Shown one piece after another: positions 55,401-63,641 of a stretch of 64,000 bases of DNA. The first letter of the stretch is position 1, and each line of letters opens with the position of its first letter. Source of the DNA: a bacterium (GTDB taxonomy: Bacteria > Patescibacteriota > Minisyncoccia > Moranbacterales > UBA2206); contig JAJYGF010000004.1 in the NCBI GenBank assembly GCA_021785125.1, positions 67,124 through 131,123 on the forward strand, read 5' to 3'. The notes beneath the pieces were generated by a model. That model had not been told where the DNA came from. It did not search any database and worked only from the letters and a program-made list of their open reading frames with translations. A program made the translations under genes and the position numbers.

Positions 55401-55525
55401 GCGGTTCATCTTTAACAAAAAAGTAATTTTCTTCTGTGCTATAATGGATTTAAGGAAATTGAAACAAATCCCGGAAATCCCGATGCTCTCGGGAGGCCGG
55501 GCAAATTAGAAAGGTAGGTGAAATT

Positions 55526-55867
55526 ATGGAAGAACAAGCGACACACGATTCAAAAAAAGATGTCGATCAAAACAAGGCGCTAGCCATCATCGGATACATT
55601 TTTCCGTTCTTGTTTTTCGTGCCTCTGATCACTGACGCGAAAAACAGCCATTATGCCAAATTCCATGCCAACCAGCAGCTCAACCTGCTTCTGGCGATAA
55701 TTATCGTGAATATAGCCGGAACGATAATTCCCGTTTTGGGCTGGTTTCTCATTCTGCCGATTGGTACTATCATCCTTATTGTTTTGGCGATCATGGGAAT
55801 CGTAAACGCGGCCAAGGGAGAAACGAAGCCGTTGCCGATAACCGGAGGATTCACTCTGATAAGGTAG
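55526..55867 (+). CDS. DUF4870-family small membrane protein
   Basis: ALAIIGYIFPFLFFVPLITDAKNSHYAKFHANQQLNLLLAIIIV, then two more TM segments. Upstream promoter TGTGCTATAAT with an ~80 nt structured leader. Confidence 0.5.
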   Translation: MEEQATHDSKKDVDQNKALAIIGYIFPFLFFVPLITDAKNSHYAKFHANQQLNLLLAIIIVNIAGTIIPVLGWFLILPIGTIILIVLAIMGIVNAAKGETKPLPITGGFTLIR

Positions 55868-55980
55868 TTTTCCGTAAAACAAGCAATTTTTTTAAGGTTG
55901 CTTGTTTTAATTTTTTACGGTTATGGTAAAATGTTTAGGATAAGGCGGAGTAAAATGTATAGTGTAAATTATCCATACAT

Positions 55981-57390
55981 ATGAAAAAGACGAGAATCGT
56001 CGCGACCGTCGGTCCGGCGTCAGATTCGAAAGAAACCATGAAAAAGATGATCGAGGCGGGAGCGAATGTGTTCCGGCTCAACTTTTCTCATGGCACGCAC
56101 GAATCGCACCAGAAGATAATCGATATAGCCAGGGAATTGCAGTCGGAAATGAAAAGGCCGATCGGGCTCTTGGCCGATCTGCAAGGTCCCCGCATCAGGG
56201 TCGGCAATGCGGAACCGTTTGAGATAAAAAAGGGCGAGATTATTTATGTCAGTGACAAAAAAATTTCCGACGAAAAAGAACTCATCATCGATTCCGACGG
56301 CGTGGCCGAAGCGCTCCGGACGGGAGATAGGATTTTGATCGAAGATGGCCTGCTGAAATTGGAGGTGACGGAGAGGCTGGAAAACGCGGCCAAAGCCAAG
56401 GTTATGAACGGCGGCACCATAAGACCGAGAAAAGGCATAAACGTGCCGGACACGAAACTGAAATTCGGCGCGGTTACCGAAAAGGACAAGCGGGACTTGG
56501 AGTTTGCCCTGAAAAACGAAGTGGAATTTGTGGCCTTGTCATTTGTCAGCAATGGCGGAGAAATAGATGAGACGAGGAATGATATGAAAAAAATTTTGGG
56601 CCGTGAAAAGAGTCTGCCGCAAATTGTTTCCAAGGTAGAAAGGAAAGAGGCGATCAAAAATATCGATGAGATCGTGGCTGCGTCAGATGTGGTGATGGTG
56701 GCTCGGGGAGATTTGGGAATAGAGCTGGATGAAAGCAAAGTCGTTATCTACCAGAAAGAAATAATTGCCAAGTGTTTGCGCGCGGTCAAGCCGGTCATCG
56801 TGGCTACCCAGATGCTGGATTCCATGATCAATAATCCGATCCCGACCCGCGCGGAAGTTTCCGATGTTTCAAATGCCGTGATCGACCACACGGACGCGGT
56901 GATGCTTTCGGGCGAGAGCGCCAACGGCAAGTATCCTGTCGAGGCAGTGGAGACGATGACGCATATCATAGAAGACACGGAAGCCTCGCCGTTCGACGAC
57001 ATCAATCCGGGCTATCTGGATGAGCATATCTTTACCGATTACGCTTCAATTATAAATAGCGCGCATGAGATGGCCAAAAGTTCGAATGCCAAAGCTGTTG
57101 TGCTCTTTACGGAATCCGGTTTCACCGCCCGCATGATGGCGCATCATCGTCCGAACCAGCTGATGCTGGTCGGAACTCATAATCTCAAGACATATAATCA
57201 GATGTCGATTGTCTGGGGGGCAAGAGCCTATCTATTTGAAACGGATGATCGCGAAGAATTGATCGAATTCATGATAGAAAGAAACAAAAAAGCCGGACGT
57301 TTGGCGGCTGGAGACAAAATCGTGGTAATTCTCGGACGCACGCCCGGAGCCAAGGACCTGGCACTGGTCGGAATCAGGATAGTTGAATAA
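55981..57390 (+). CDS. pyk: Pyruvate kinase
   Basis: MKKTRIVATVGPASDSKETMKKMIEAGANVFRLNFSHG and the motifs MVARGDLGIE and SGESANGKYP. Confidence 0.9.
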   Translation: MKKTRIVATVGPASDSKETMKKMIEAGANVFRLNFSHGTHESHQKIIDIARELQSEMKRPIGLLADLQGPRIRVGNAEPFEIKKGEIIYVSDKKISDEKELIIDSDGVAEALRTGDRILIEDGLLKLEVTERLENAAKAKVMNGGTIRPRKGINVPDTKLKFGAVTEKDKRDLEFALKNEVEFVALSFVSNGGEIDETRNDMKKILGREKSLPQIVSKVERKEAIKNIDEIVAASDVVMVARGDLGIELDESKVVIYQKEIIAKCLRAVKPVIVATQMLDSMINNPIPTRAEVSDVSNAVIDHTDAVMLSGESANGKYPVEAVETMTHIIEDTEASPFDDINPGYLDEHIFTDYASIINSAHEMAKSSNAKAVVLFTESGFTARMMAHHRPNQLMLVGTHNLKTYNQMSIVWGARAYLFETDDREELIEFMIERNKKAGRLAAGDKIVVILGRTPGAKDLALVGIRIVE

Positions 57391-57444
57391 TTTTTCATAA
57401 GTTGCTAGATTATATGCGAGGCGGAAAAAGCCTCGCTTTATATT

Positions 57445-57531
57445 GGAAGGGTCGCCTAGTGGTTTATGGCACCGCCTTGGAAAGGCGGCATACTATAAAA
57501 GGTATCGGGAGTTCGAATCTCCCCCCTTCCG
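57445..57531 (+). tRNA. tRNA-Ser (anticodon GGA), class II with a long variable arm
   Basis: Acceptor GGAAGGG/CCCTTCC, D-arm GCC-tagtggtttat-GGC, anticodon stem CCGCC/GGCGG with loop ttGGAaa, an 18 nt variable arm, T-arm GGGAG-ttcgaat-CTCCC, discriminator G. CCA is not encoded. Confidence 0.8.
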
Positions 57532-57643
57532 CAGTGACAACTTTTTATCGCACAGACTCAAACAGCCGAGACTAAGCGGCGACTCGAGCGCTTATAAAAA
57601 GCTAAAAAATACGAAGCAATTTCTGCTCCGTATTTTTTGTTTT

Positions 57644-58975
57644 CTACTCTTCAATCAAGGTTATCTTTTTGTCTTTGTAATTCAACCGGCTGCGCAGATT
57701 GGCCAGTAGTTCTCGCTTGTCGGACACACTACCCTCTTTGAATAGGTATTTGGCATATTGGCGGATATCGACTTCATTTTCTTCCACTAAATTCTGGCCA
57801 CTTTTTCCATTGACCACTTTTTGCAGTTTGTTGAATCGACGAATTTCATCTTCCAGTTTCTGCCGCATTCCCAGCTCGTTGATGTCCACTTTGTCTATGA
57901 TTTTTAGCAGTTCTTCAATCAATTCTTCCTCCCGGATATATTTGTTTTTGCAGTGCCGATCCCTAGCTCGCGAGCAGGAGTAATAGATATACCTGGCGTG
58001 CGTACCATCTTTGAGCTGTTTGTATTTTTCCTCAGCTGATATGCCCGATCCGCAGTAGCCGCAGGTGAATAATTTAGTAAAGGCGAATTCTTTATTTTCT
58101 CTGACAATTTTATCTCTTTTGAGCCACGCTTGGGCTTTTTCAAATACCTCTTGGGTAATTATCGGATCATGTTTTCCGGTATACCAGTTACCGCTTTTGG
58201 CTGGATATTCAAAGACTCCATAATAGAAAGGATTATCCAGCGTCCGATACACTCCAGCCAGTGTCAGCGGCTTATTGCCTCTCGTGTAAAAATTTAATTC
58301 GAATCTGAGCCAGTGATATATCTTTCTGCCTGAATAATGTTCGTAAGCTACTTTTTCAAATATCTTTTTGATAATCGGCGCTCTTTGCGGATCGAGAAGA
58401 AGTTGGCATTTTTTATCCATGTGTTTCTGGTTGAGATATCCCAGCGGCGCGACCGTCGGCCAGAGTCCCATCTCGCATCGGGCGCGAAGACCTCTTTTCA
58501 CATTGATGCCTCGGTTGTCATTTTCCAGCTTGGCTTGCGAGCCAAGAATCATCAGCAGGAACTTTTCATTTGGAGAATTGGTGAATCGTTGCCCGTAAGT
58601 TCGGATTTCTTGCAGTAATTTAGCATCCATAAGGTCGACTATTTTTCCTAGGTCACCGGCATTTCTAGAAATACGATCCGGCGCCCAGGTCATAATACCA
58701 TTAAATTTGCCGGATTTGATTTCTTCCACAATTTCATTAAAGACTGGTCTTTGCCCAGTCTCCTTGGCGCTGTGCGATTCTCGTTTTATTTCCACGATTT
58801 CCAGATTTTCTCGCTCCGCCAGTTGCATCATTTCTTTTATTTGGGAGTCGATGGAAAGCACCTGTCTTTCCTCCGACTCGGTCGATTTTCGGGCATAAAG
58901 ACAGTAACGTACTGGAATCGCTACTGGCTGGGCTTGGGCTGGTAGCCCTAATTGGCTGGCATTTGGATAGCTCAT
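57644..58975 (-). CDS. Large serine recombinase (resolvase/integrase family)
   Basis: Catalytic N-domain VRYCLYARKSTESEERQVLSIDSQ...MTWAPDRISRNAGDL, recombinase domain GLWPTVAPLGY, and a Zn-ribbon CGYCGSGIS...YYSCSRARDRHC. Lies 112 bp from tRNA-Ser. Confidence 0.85.
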   Translation of the reverse strand: MSYPNASQLGLPAQAQPVAIPVRYCLYARKSTESEERQVLSIDSQIKEMMQLAERENLEIVEIKRESHSAKETGQRPVFNEIVEEIKSGKFNGIMTWAPDRISRNAGDLGKIVDLMDAKLLQEIRTYGQRFTNSPNEKFLLMILGSQAKLENDNRGINVKRGLRARCEMGLWPTVAPLGYLNQKHMDKKCQLLLDPQRAPIIKKIFEKVAYEHYSGRKIYHWLRFELNFYTRGNKPLTLAGVYRTLDNPFYYGVFEYPAKSGNWYTGKHDPIITQEVFEKAQAWLKRDKIVRENKEFAFTKLFTCGYCGSGISAEEKYKQLKDGTHARYIYYSCSRARDRHCKNKYIREEELIEELLKIIDKVDINELGMRQKLEDEIRRFNKLQKVVNGKSGQNLVEENEVDIRQYAKYLFKEGSVSDKRELLANLRSRLNYKDKKITLIEE

Positions 58976-59200
58976 AGGTTTATTGGTTATTTCTTACTAC
59001 CCAATGAATGACGCAATCCTTTGAAGGAGTCAAGAGCGTCCCGAGTAGGTAAGCTGTTGACAACTAATAGCTTAAAAGGCTCTTGAAAACTTGCTGGAAA
59101 TTGCTTGAATTGTGGAATTACAAAAAAGTCCATTTTAGCATTTACCAAAGCCACAATTTAAGCTAAACTTAAGCCGAGGTAATTCAAATTAATAAAAATT

Positions 59201-59674
59201 ATGAATAATTCAAAAAGCGTTTTTGACGAAAAATTTACGAATCTCTATAGCCTTACTAAAACATTGAAGTTTGAATTGAAACCAGTGGGGAAAACATTGG
59301 ATAATATGCGCATGCATTTGAAATATGATAAGAATTTACAAACATTTTTAGTTGATCAGGAAATCAAAGACGCGTATCAAATTCTTAAGCCCGTATTTGA
59401 CAAACTACATGAAGAATTTATCACGAAAAGTTTGGAGAGTGAAAAAAATAAAAGCCTTTTTAATTTTGAAAATTATTTAGAGTTGCGGAAAAAATTGGCA
59501 TTAATAAATAAAAAAAAGGAAGAAGTAGAATATAAAAAAGTAGAAAGTGATTTTACAAAAGAAGAAATAAAATTGCGGAAAATGTTTGATGATGTTTGGA
59601 AAAATGAAGGGGAAAATTTTAAAAACAAAGTCGGTGTAAATGAAAAAGGGAAAGCAATCTTACTACTTTTGTAG
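59201..59674 (+). pseudogene. cas12a: Cas12a (Cpf1) N-terminal fragment: WED-I plus the start of REC1 only, 157 aa, truncated
   Basis: VFDEKFTNLYSLTKTLKFELKPVGKTLDN...DQEIKDAYQILKPVFDKLHEEFI aligns with Fn/AsCas12a residues ~4-80 (F.[21 protein letters not shown]...KDYKKAKQIIDKYHQFF). The ORF stops at 157 aa and its last codons run into a CRISPR repeat. Confidence 0.7.
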
Positions 59675-59799
59675 ATTAAAATCGTCCATCCATTGGAATT
59701 TTGCCGAATACCGATATAAGATTTCTACTTTTGTAGATCAGGCTCAAAGACAATCCGCTTTGCGCCGAATACCGATATAAGATTTCTACTTTTCAATAA
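59641..59799 (+). CRISPR. Type V-A (Cas12a-type) CRISPR mini-array: 3 repeats (the first and last degenerate) and 2 spacers
   Basis: Central repeat GCCGAATACCGATATAAGATTTCTACTTTTGTAGAT (36 nt, 59703-59738) ends with the Cas12a 5' handle UCUAC-UUUU-GUAGAU. Repeat 1 (59641-59676) keeps only ...CTACTTTTGTAGAT. Repeat 3 (59764-59799) matches for 30 nt then diverges. Spacers TAAAATCGTCCATCCATTGGAATTTT and CAGGCTCAAAGACAATCCGCTTTGC. Confidence 0.7.
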
Positions 59800-59832
59800 A
59801 CTTAGAACAAACAAAATCAACAAAAAACTGAC

Positions 59833-60768
59833 GTGAGAACATTTACCGAATTATTCAATTTAATATTGACCGCGGATAAGGAGACAAGCCGCAAAGCGGC
59901 GCGGGAGGTGAGAAAAGCGGTGTATGGATCCGATGATCGAGGCGGGTATGAGATCATAAAATCCATCATCAATGATGCTCCCGCGAAATACGAAAAGATA
60001 ATGGAAGATTGGAGGCGGGAGAATTTTGTCATGGCTATATCCGTAATGTATTTTCTGCACGACAAAGAAAATAAGCCGGACTTCTTGTTTCCTTGGTTAT
60101 TTAAACTTCTTCAGCATGAAAGAGGCAACATCCGTCATGCCGCGGTGCGCATGATTGGCAACGAGCTCGGACCGCTAACCGTGCACCTGCGCGTACCTGA
60201 ATGGAGATCAATCCATCCGGGATATTCAACCGAAAAAGCGGACCGCATCCTCTTTGAGTTGTATGTCAATCTGAACAAAATGATGTCCGACTTATGGAAG
60301 CCTTCATATAAAAGGTATAGATACATTTCTTCATTGCCCGCCAGTCCTTACAAGTCGGTGCAAATGCTGCTGGCGGAGTTGGAAGAAGATTGTGGCAAAA
60401 AATACATTGATGATTTGATAAAACGGATAGATGACATGAACAGCCTGGATAATACTTTAATTTCCGTGGTTAAGACAGAATCCAAACAACAAATTCTGGA
60501 AAGACGAAAAGAAATTGAAGCCGAGATTTCAGAAATGCTCAAAGAAACCGAAAGTGATTTTGAATTGGAGGACGTTAAAGAAGCGATATATAACGAAGAA
60601 GAGCAGGATGATTTTATGCATTTAGTCACTATGTTTGATCGCGGCGGCGATGCTTCGGAATTGAGTAATGTTTTGGAACTGGTCACGGATGCCTGGAATT
60701 ATTTCCCGCATAAAATTCTCGGCGGCATTTCTCCCGCCGAACAGGCGCTAAAATATGGAAAAAAATGA
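59833..60768 (+). CDS. Hypothetical alpha-helical protein immediately downstream of the mini-array
   Basis: 311 aa, no recognised motif, acidic C-terminal half. Followed by the terminator-like caagaggtcgtcttttttt. Confidence 0.4.
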   Translation: MRTFTELFNLILTADKETSRKAAREVRKAVYGSDDRGGYEIIKSIINDAPAKYEKIMEDWRRENFVMAISVMYFLHDKENKPDFLFPWLFKLLQHERGNIRHAAVRMIGNELGPLTVHLRVPEWRSIHPGYSTEKADRILFELYVNLNKMMSDLWKPSYKRYRYISSLPASPYKSVQMLLAELEEDCGKKYIDDLIKRIDDMNSLDNTLISVVKTESKQQILERRKEIEAEISEMLKETESDFELEDVKEAIYNEEEQDDFMHLVTMFDRGGDASELSNVLELVTDAWNYFPHKILGGISPAEQALKYGKK

Positions 60769-61339
60769 AGTAATTATTATTTCATGCTATACCAAAAATA
60801 AGGCAAGAGGTCGTCTTTTTTTAATTCTCAAATAATTATGGTGAGGCTCGGGGATATTCATATACTTTGCTTTTCCCGCAATCTTCTTTGTTTTAAAACA
60901 CAAGAAATGAAACAGGTTTGCTGGAGTTTTGCTTTTACAGGTTTTGGCATTTATTGGCATTTCGCTGCGGCTGCTATTGACTAGAAAACTATCATGGAAC
61001 AGTTCGTTTACATTGTACTACGCGTTTTATTCTTTATTCACTGGGTTTTTGGGAAAATGGGACACAGAAATGGAATATCCCATACTAGTGTTCCATTTGT
61101 TCCGTTTGCTCTATTTAGACTCCGACTCAAACACCTAAAATCCAGTTCTGTTCAGATGTTTCAAAAAACCTTATAATACTTGTATCTGGGGTACTTATCT
61201 CGAGATGCCCGCAGAGACCATTTTTATCGTGAGCGCATAGCCGAATCGACTGTAACAAACTTAAAAATGGCACGTATAACATTATTATTGGCATTGGCAG
61301 ATTATTGCTTTTATTTTTGTGTGCTGATATAATTACACG

Positions 61340-61882
61340 GTGTCAAGCGTTTTAATAAAATTAAGTAAAAAAATGAATTTAGAAGGAAAAATCGGAGGGT
61401 ATAACAAAAAAACCTTGGTTAGCGCAGGGTTGATCGTGGTTATCGCTCTCGGAATGTTCTACATCGGAGCCGAGTATGAGAAAGGCAAGTTGTCCAAATT
61501 GAACAGTACTTGCAGTCTGGGGAAAGCTAAAAAGAGCAGCAAAAAACATTCGGTTGTAACGCCGAGCGCCAATGCCATTTCCGGAACTATTACGGCCAAG
61601 GATGACAAAACCGTAACCTTGAAAATGGCCGACGGGACAACCAAAATTGTGGATTATACCGCGGCTACCACTGTGGGCAAAAATGCCAAGAGCACGATTG
61701 CCGATCTGGTTATCGGAGAAGAAGTTACAGTCAGCGGCCAGCCGAATGCTGACGGCACTTTCGCGGCTGACAATATACAGAAAACCAAAACTGCAGCTGT
61801 GGGTACGAGCGTAAATTCAACTCCTGCCGCAACTCCGGCTTCCAACCAAACTTCTTCGACCGGACAGGCGTCTTCCAATTAA
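61340..61882 (+). CDS. Membrane-anchored secreted protein, Thr/Ala-rich (hypothetical)
   Basis: N-terminal TM (LVSAGLIVVIALGMFYIGA), an OB/BOF-like middle region (TITAKDDKTVTLKMADGTTKIVDY) and a T/S/A-rich tail. Confidence 0.4.
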   Translation: MSSVLIKLSKKMNLEGKIGGYNKKTLVSAGLIVVIALGMFYIGAEYEKGKLSKLNSTCSLGKAKKSSKKHSVVTPSANAISGTITAKDDKTVTLKMADGTTKIVDYTAATTVGKNAKSTIADLVIGEEVTVSGQPNADGTFAADNIQKTKTAAVGTSVNSTPAATPASNQTSSTGQASSN

Positions 61883-61942
61883 ATATTAGACTGAAAGCAA
61901 GCTGTTTTTTGGATAGACATCAAGATCCACTGGTAGTGGGTC

Positions 61943-63571
61943 TTGTGCTTTTCCGAAAAAGGTCGGACAAGAACTATGGAAAACTTGAGAAATATCATTC
62001 GACGGAACAAGGCAAGCCTTATTGTTTTTGCGGCGATTTTTTCTGTCGGAATATTTCTTAGGGTTTATAATTTCAACGGACTTTTGGTTTTTGGGTTCGA
62101 CCAATCTCGCGATGCCCAACTGGCAAAGAACATCATCGAGAATCACCAATCGCTCCCGCTGCTTGGCCCGCATGCGATGGGTACCCGTTTCAAACTCGGG
62201 CCGGCTTATTATTATTTTCAATATCTGTCGGCCGTTATCTTCGGCGACCGGCCGCAGAGCCTGGCTTATCCCGATCTTTTATTTTCCATAGCGACTATCC
62301 CGCTTCTTTTCTTCTTCCTTAGGAAGTATTTCAATAAGGATGTGTCGTTGGCCCTGGCCGGGCTGTGGAGCATTTCTTTTTTTGCCGTCAAGTTCTCGCG
62401 CTTTGCCTGGAATCCCAACTCTTTGCCATTTTTCACGCTGCTTTTGCTGTACGCCCTTCTGGAAATCGCGGACAGCGAAAAGGGGAGACATAAAAATTGG
62501 TGGCTGGCCGTGGCTGGAATAGCTTTGGGCGTGGGAGTTCAACTGCATACTTTGTCTCTTGTGATTCTGCCTGTTGTGGCCGTCCTTTTTATCTGGTCAA
62601 AAGTCGGCTTGAAGGAAAGGCGGGCCAAATATATAGCGATCATTTTTGCGGCCGCTCTTCTGTTGAATGTTCCGCAGGTTGTTTCCGAGATGAAAACCGG
62701 AGGAAGAAATACCCGAGATTTCATTGTTGGAGTAAAAGAAGAGCTTAGAAACCACACCGATTTGGCAACCAATCTTTTTGCAGACGTTTCTTGCCATGTG
62801 CAGGCCAACTCACTGATAGTTTCCTCTTATGGCGACAATGTCGGATGTTCTTTCGGGGATATTTTTTATAAACAAGAAGGCGGATTTTATTATGCCAGCC
62901 TGCTGGGGAAAATTGCCTTCGCTTTCGCCTTTTCCGTTTTCGGATATCTGGCCCTTTTCAGCTTTTGGAAAAAGCCGCCCGCCGGAAAAAACGATGATTT
63001 CATACGGTTGATTTCCATGTTTGTGGCGGTATCTTTTCTGGCTTTCTTCATGGTTGCTGTCGGTATGACCGACCGGTATTATCTGGTGTTTGCTTTTGTG
63101 CCGATCGTGCTTCTCGGGCTGATATATGAGCGCTTCCTGAAGAAAATCCGTTACGGGAAAAGTATTTTTATAATTATGCTTTTGGTCCTGGCGGTCCAAA
63201 ACGCGGTCACTTTGAAAAAATATTTTACCCCTTTCGAAAGGATCGGGCTTATGGAGGATTCGATGTTGTCGGAAAACAGAGCGCTCGCAAATTTCATATC
63301 GGTCAATGTCGGGACGGACAGAAAGGCCTATATCAGCCAGAAGCAAGGCGATTGGAGGATACTTAATTATTTCTTGACGGGGAAAGTATATCTGATTCAT
63401 ATCGGGAAAAATAGCGGATTTTTGGATCAGTCGGTGCCATATTTCCTGATCACCGACGAAGCCCATAAAAAAACCATCATCCAAGCGGAACAGGATCTTT
63501 TCGGATATGCGCCAGCCAAGCAGGCGTCATTCGGCACTTTCATCATCACTGAATTTTTATCTCAAAAATAG
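61943..63571 (+). CDS. GT39/ArnT-like (PMT family) membrane glycosyltransferase
   Basis: About 12 TM segments; the N-terminal loop FGFDQSRDAQLAK is the DE/DxD-like motif of the ArnT/PMT family. Confidence 0.65.
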   Translation: MCFSEKGRTRTMENLRNIIRRNKASLIVFAAIFSVGIFLRVYNFNGLLVFGFDQSRDAQLAKNIIENHQSLPLLGPHAMGTRFKLGPAYYYFQYLSAVIFGDRPQSLAYPDLLFSIATIPLLFFFLRKYFNKDVSLALAGLWSISFFAVKFSRFAWNPNSLPFFTLLLLYALLEIADSEKGRHKNWWLAVAGIALGVGVQLHTLSLVILPVVAVLFIWSKVGLKERRAKYIAIIFAAALLLNVPQVVSEMKTGGRNTRDFIVGVKEELRNHTDLATNLFADVSCHVQANSLIVSSYGDNVGCSFGDIFYKQEGGFYYASLLGKIAFAFAFSVFGYLALFSFWKKPPAGKNDDFIRLISMFVAVSFLAFFMVAVGMTDRYYLVFAFVPIVLLGLIYERFLKKIRYGKSIFIIMLLVLAVQNAVTLKKYFTPFERIGLMEDSMLSENRALANFISVNVGTDRKAYISQKQGDWRILNYFLTGKVYLIHIGKNSGFLDQSVPYFLITDEAHKKTIIQAEQDLFGYAPAKQASFGTFIITEFLSQK

Positions 63572-63641
63572 CGGTTTTAATTTTTGTCGCTTTTTGCCTT
63601 ATTTTCCTCGGTATTATATAGTAGATACACTACAAATCACT

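Larger units (their letters stand above)
57445..60770. mobile_element. Putative integrated element adjacent to tRNA-Ser (serine recombinase, Cas12a remnant, mini-CRISPR, hypothetical gene); right boundary undefined
   Basis: Recombinase next to the tRNA, a degraded CRISPR locus, a hypothetical gene, and a ~570 bp gene-free stretch at 60770-61340. No att duplication of the tRNA 3' end was found. Confidence 0.4.

Noticed and set aside
55401-55525. Riboswitch in the ~80 nt leader of the DUF4870 gene (hairpins CCCGATGCTCTCGGG etc.)
   Set aside because: I could not match it to any riboswitch consensus I know (fluoride, preQ1, ZTP, c-di-GMP). Stable hairpins in a 5' UTR alone are weak evidence.
59201-59674. 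Treating the 157-aa ORF as a complete small protein unrelated to CRISPR
   Set aside because: The N-terminal 80 residues align block-for-block with Cas12a N-termini, and the ORF ends inside CRISPR repeat sequence. A truncated cas12a is the simpler explanation.
57532-61340. Direct repeat of the tRNA-Ser 3' end (attR) marking the island boundary
   Set aside because: I searched downstream for GGGAGTTCGAATCTCCC / CCCCTTCC-like copies and found none. The boundary is therefore left undefined rather than invented.
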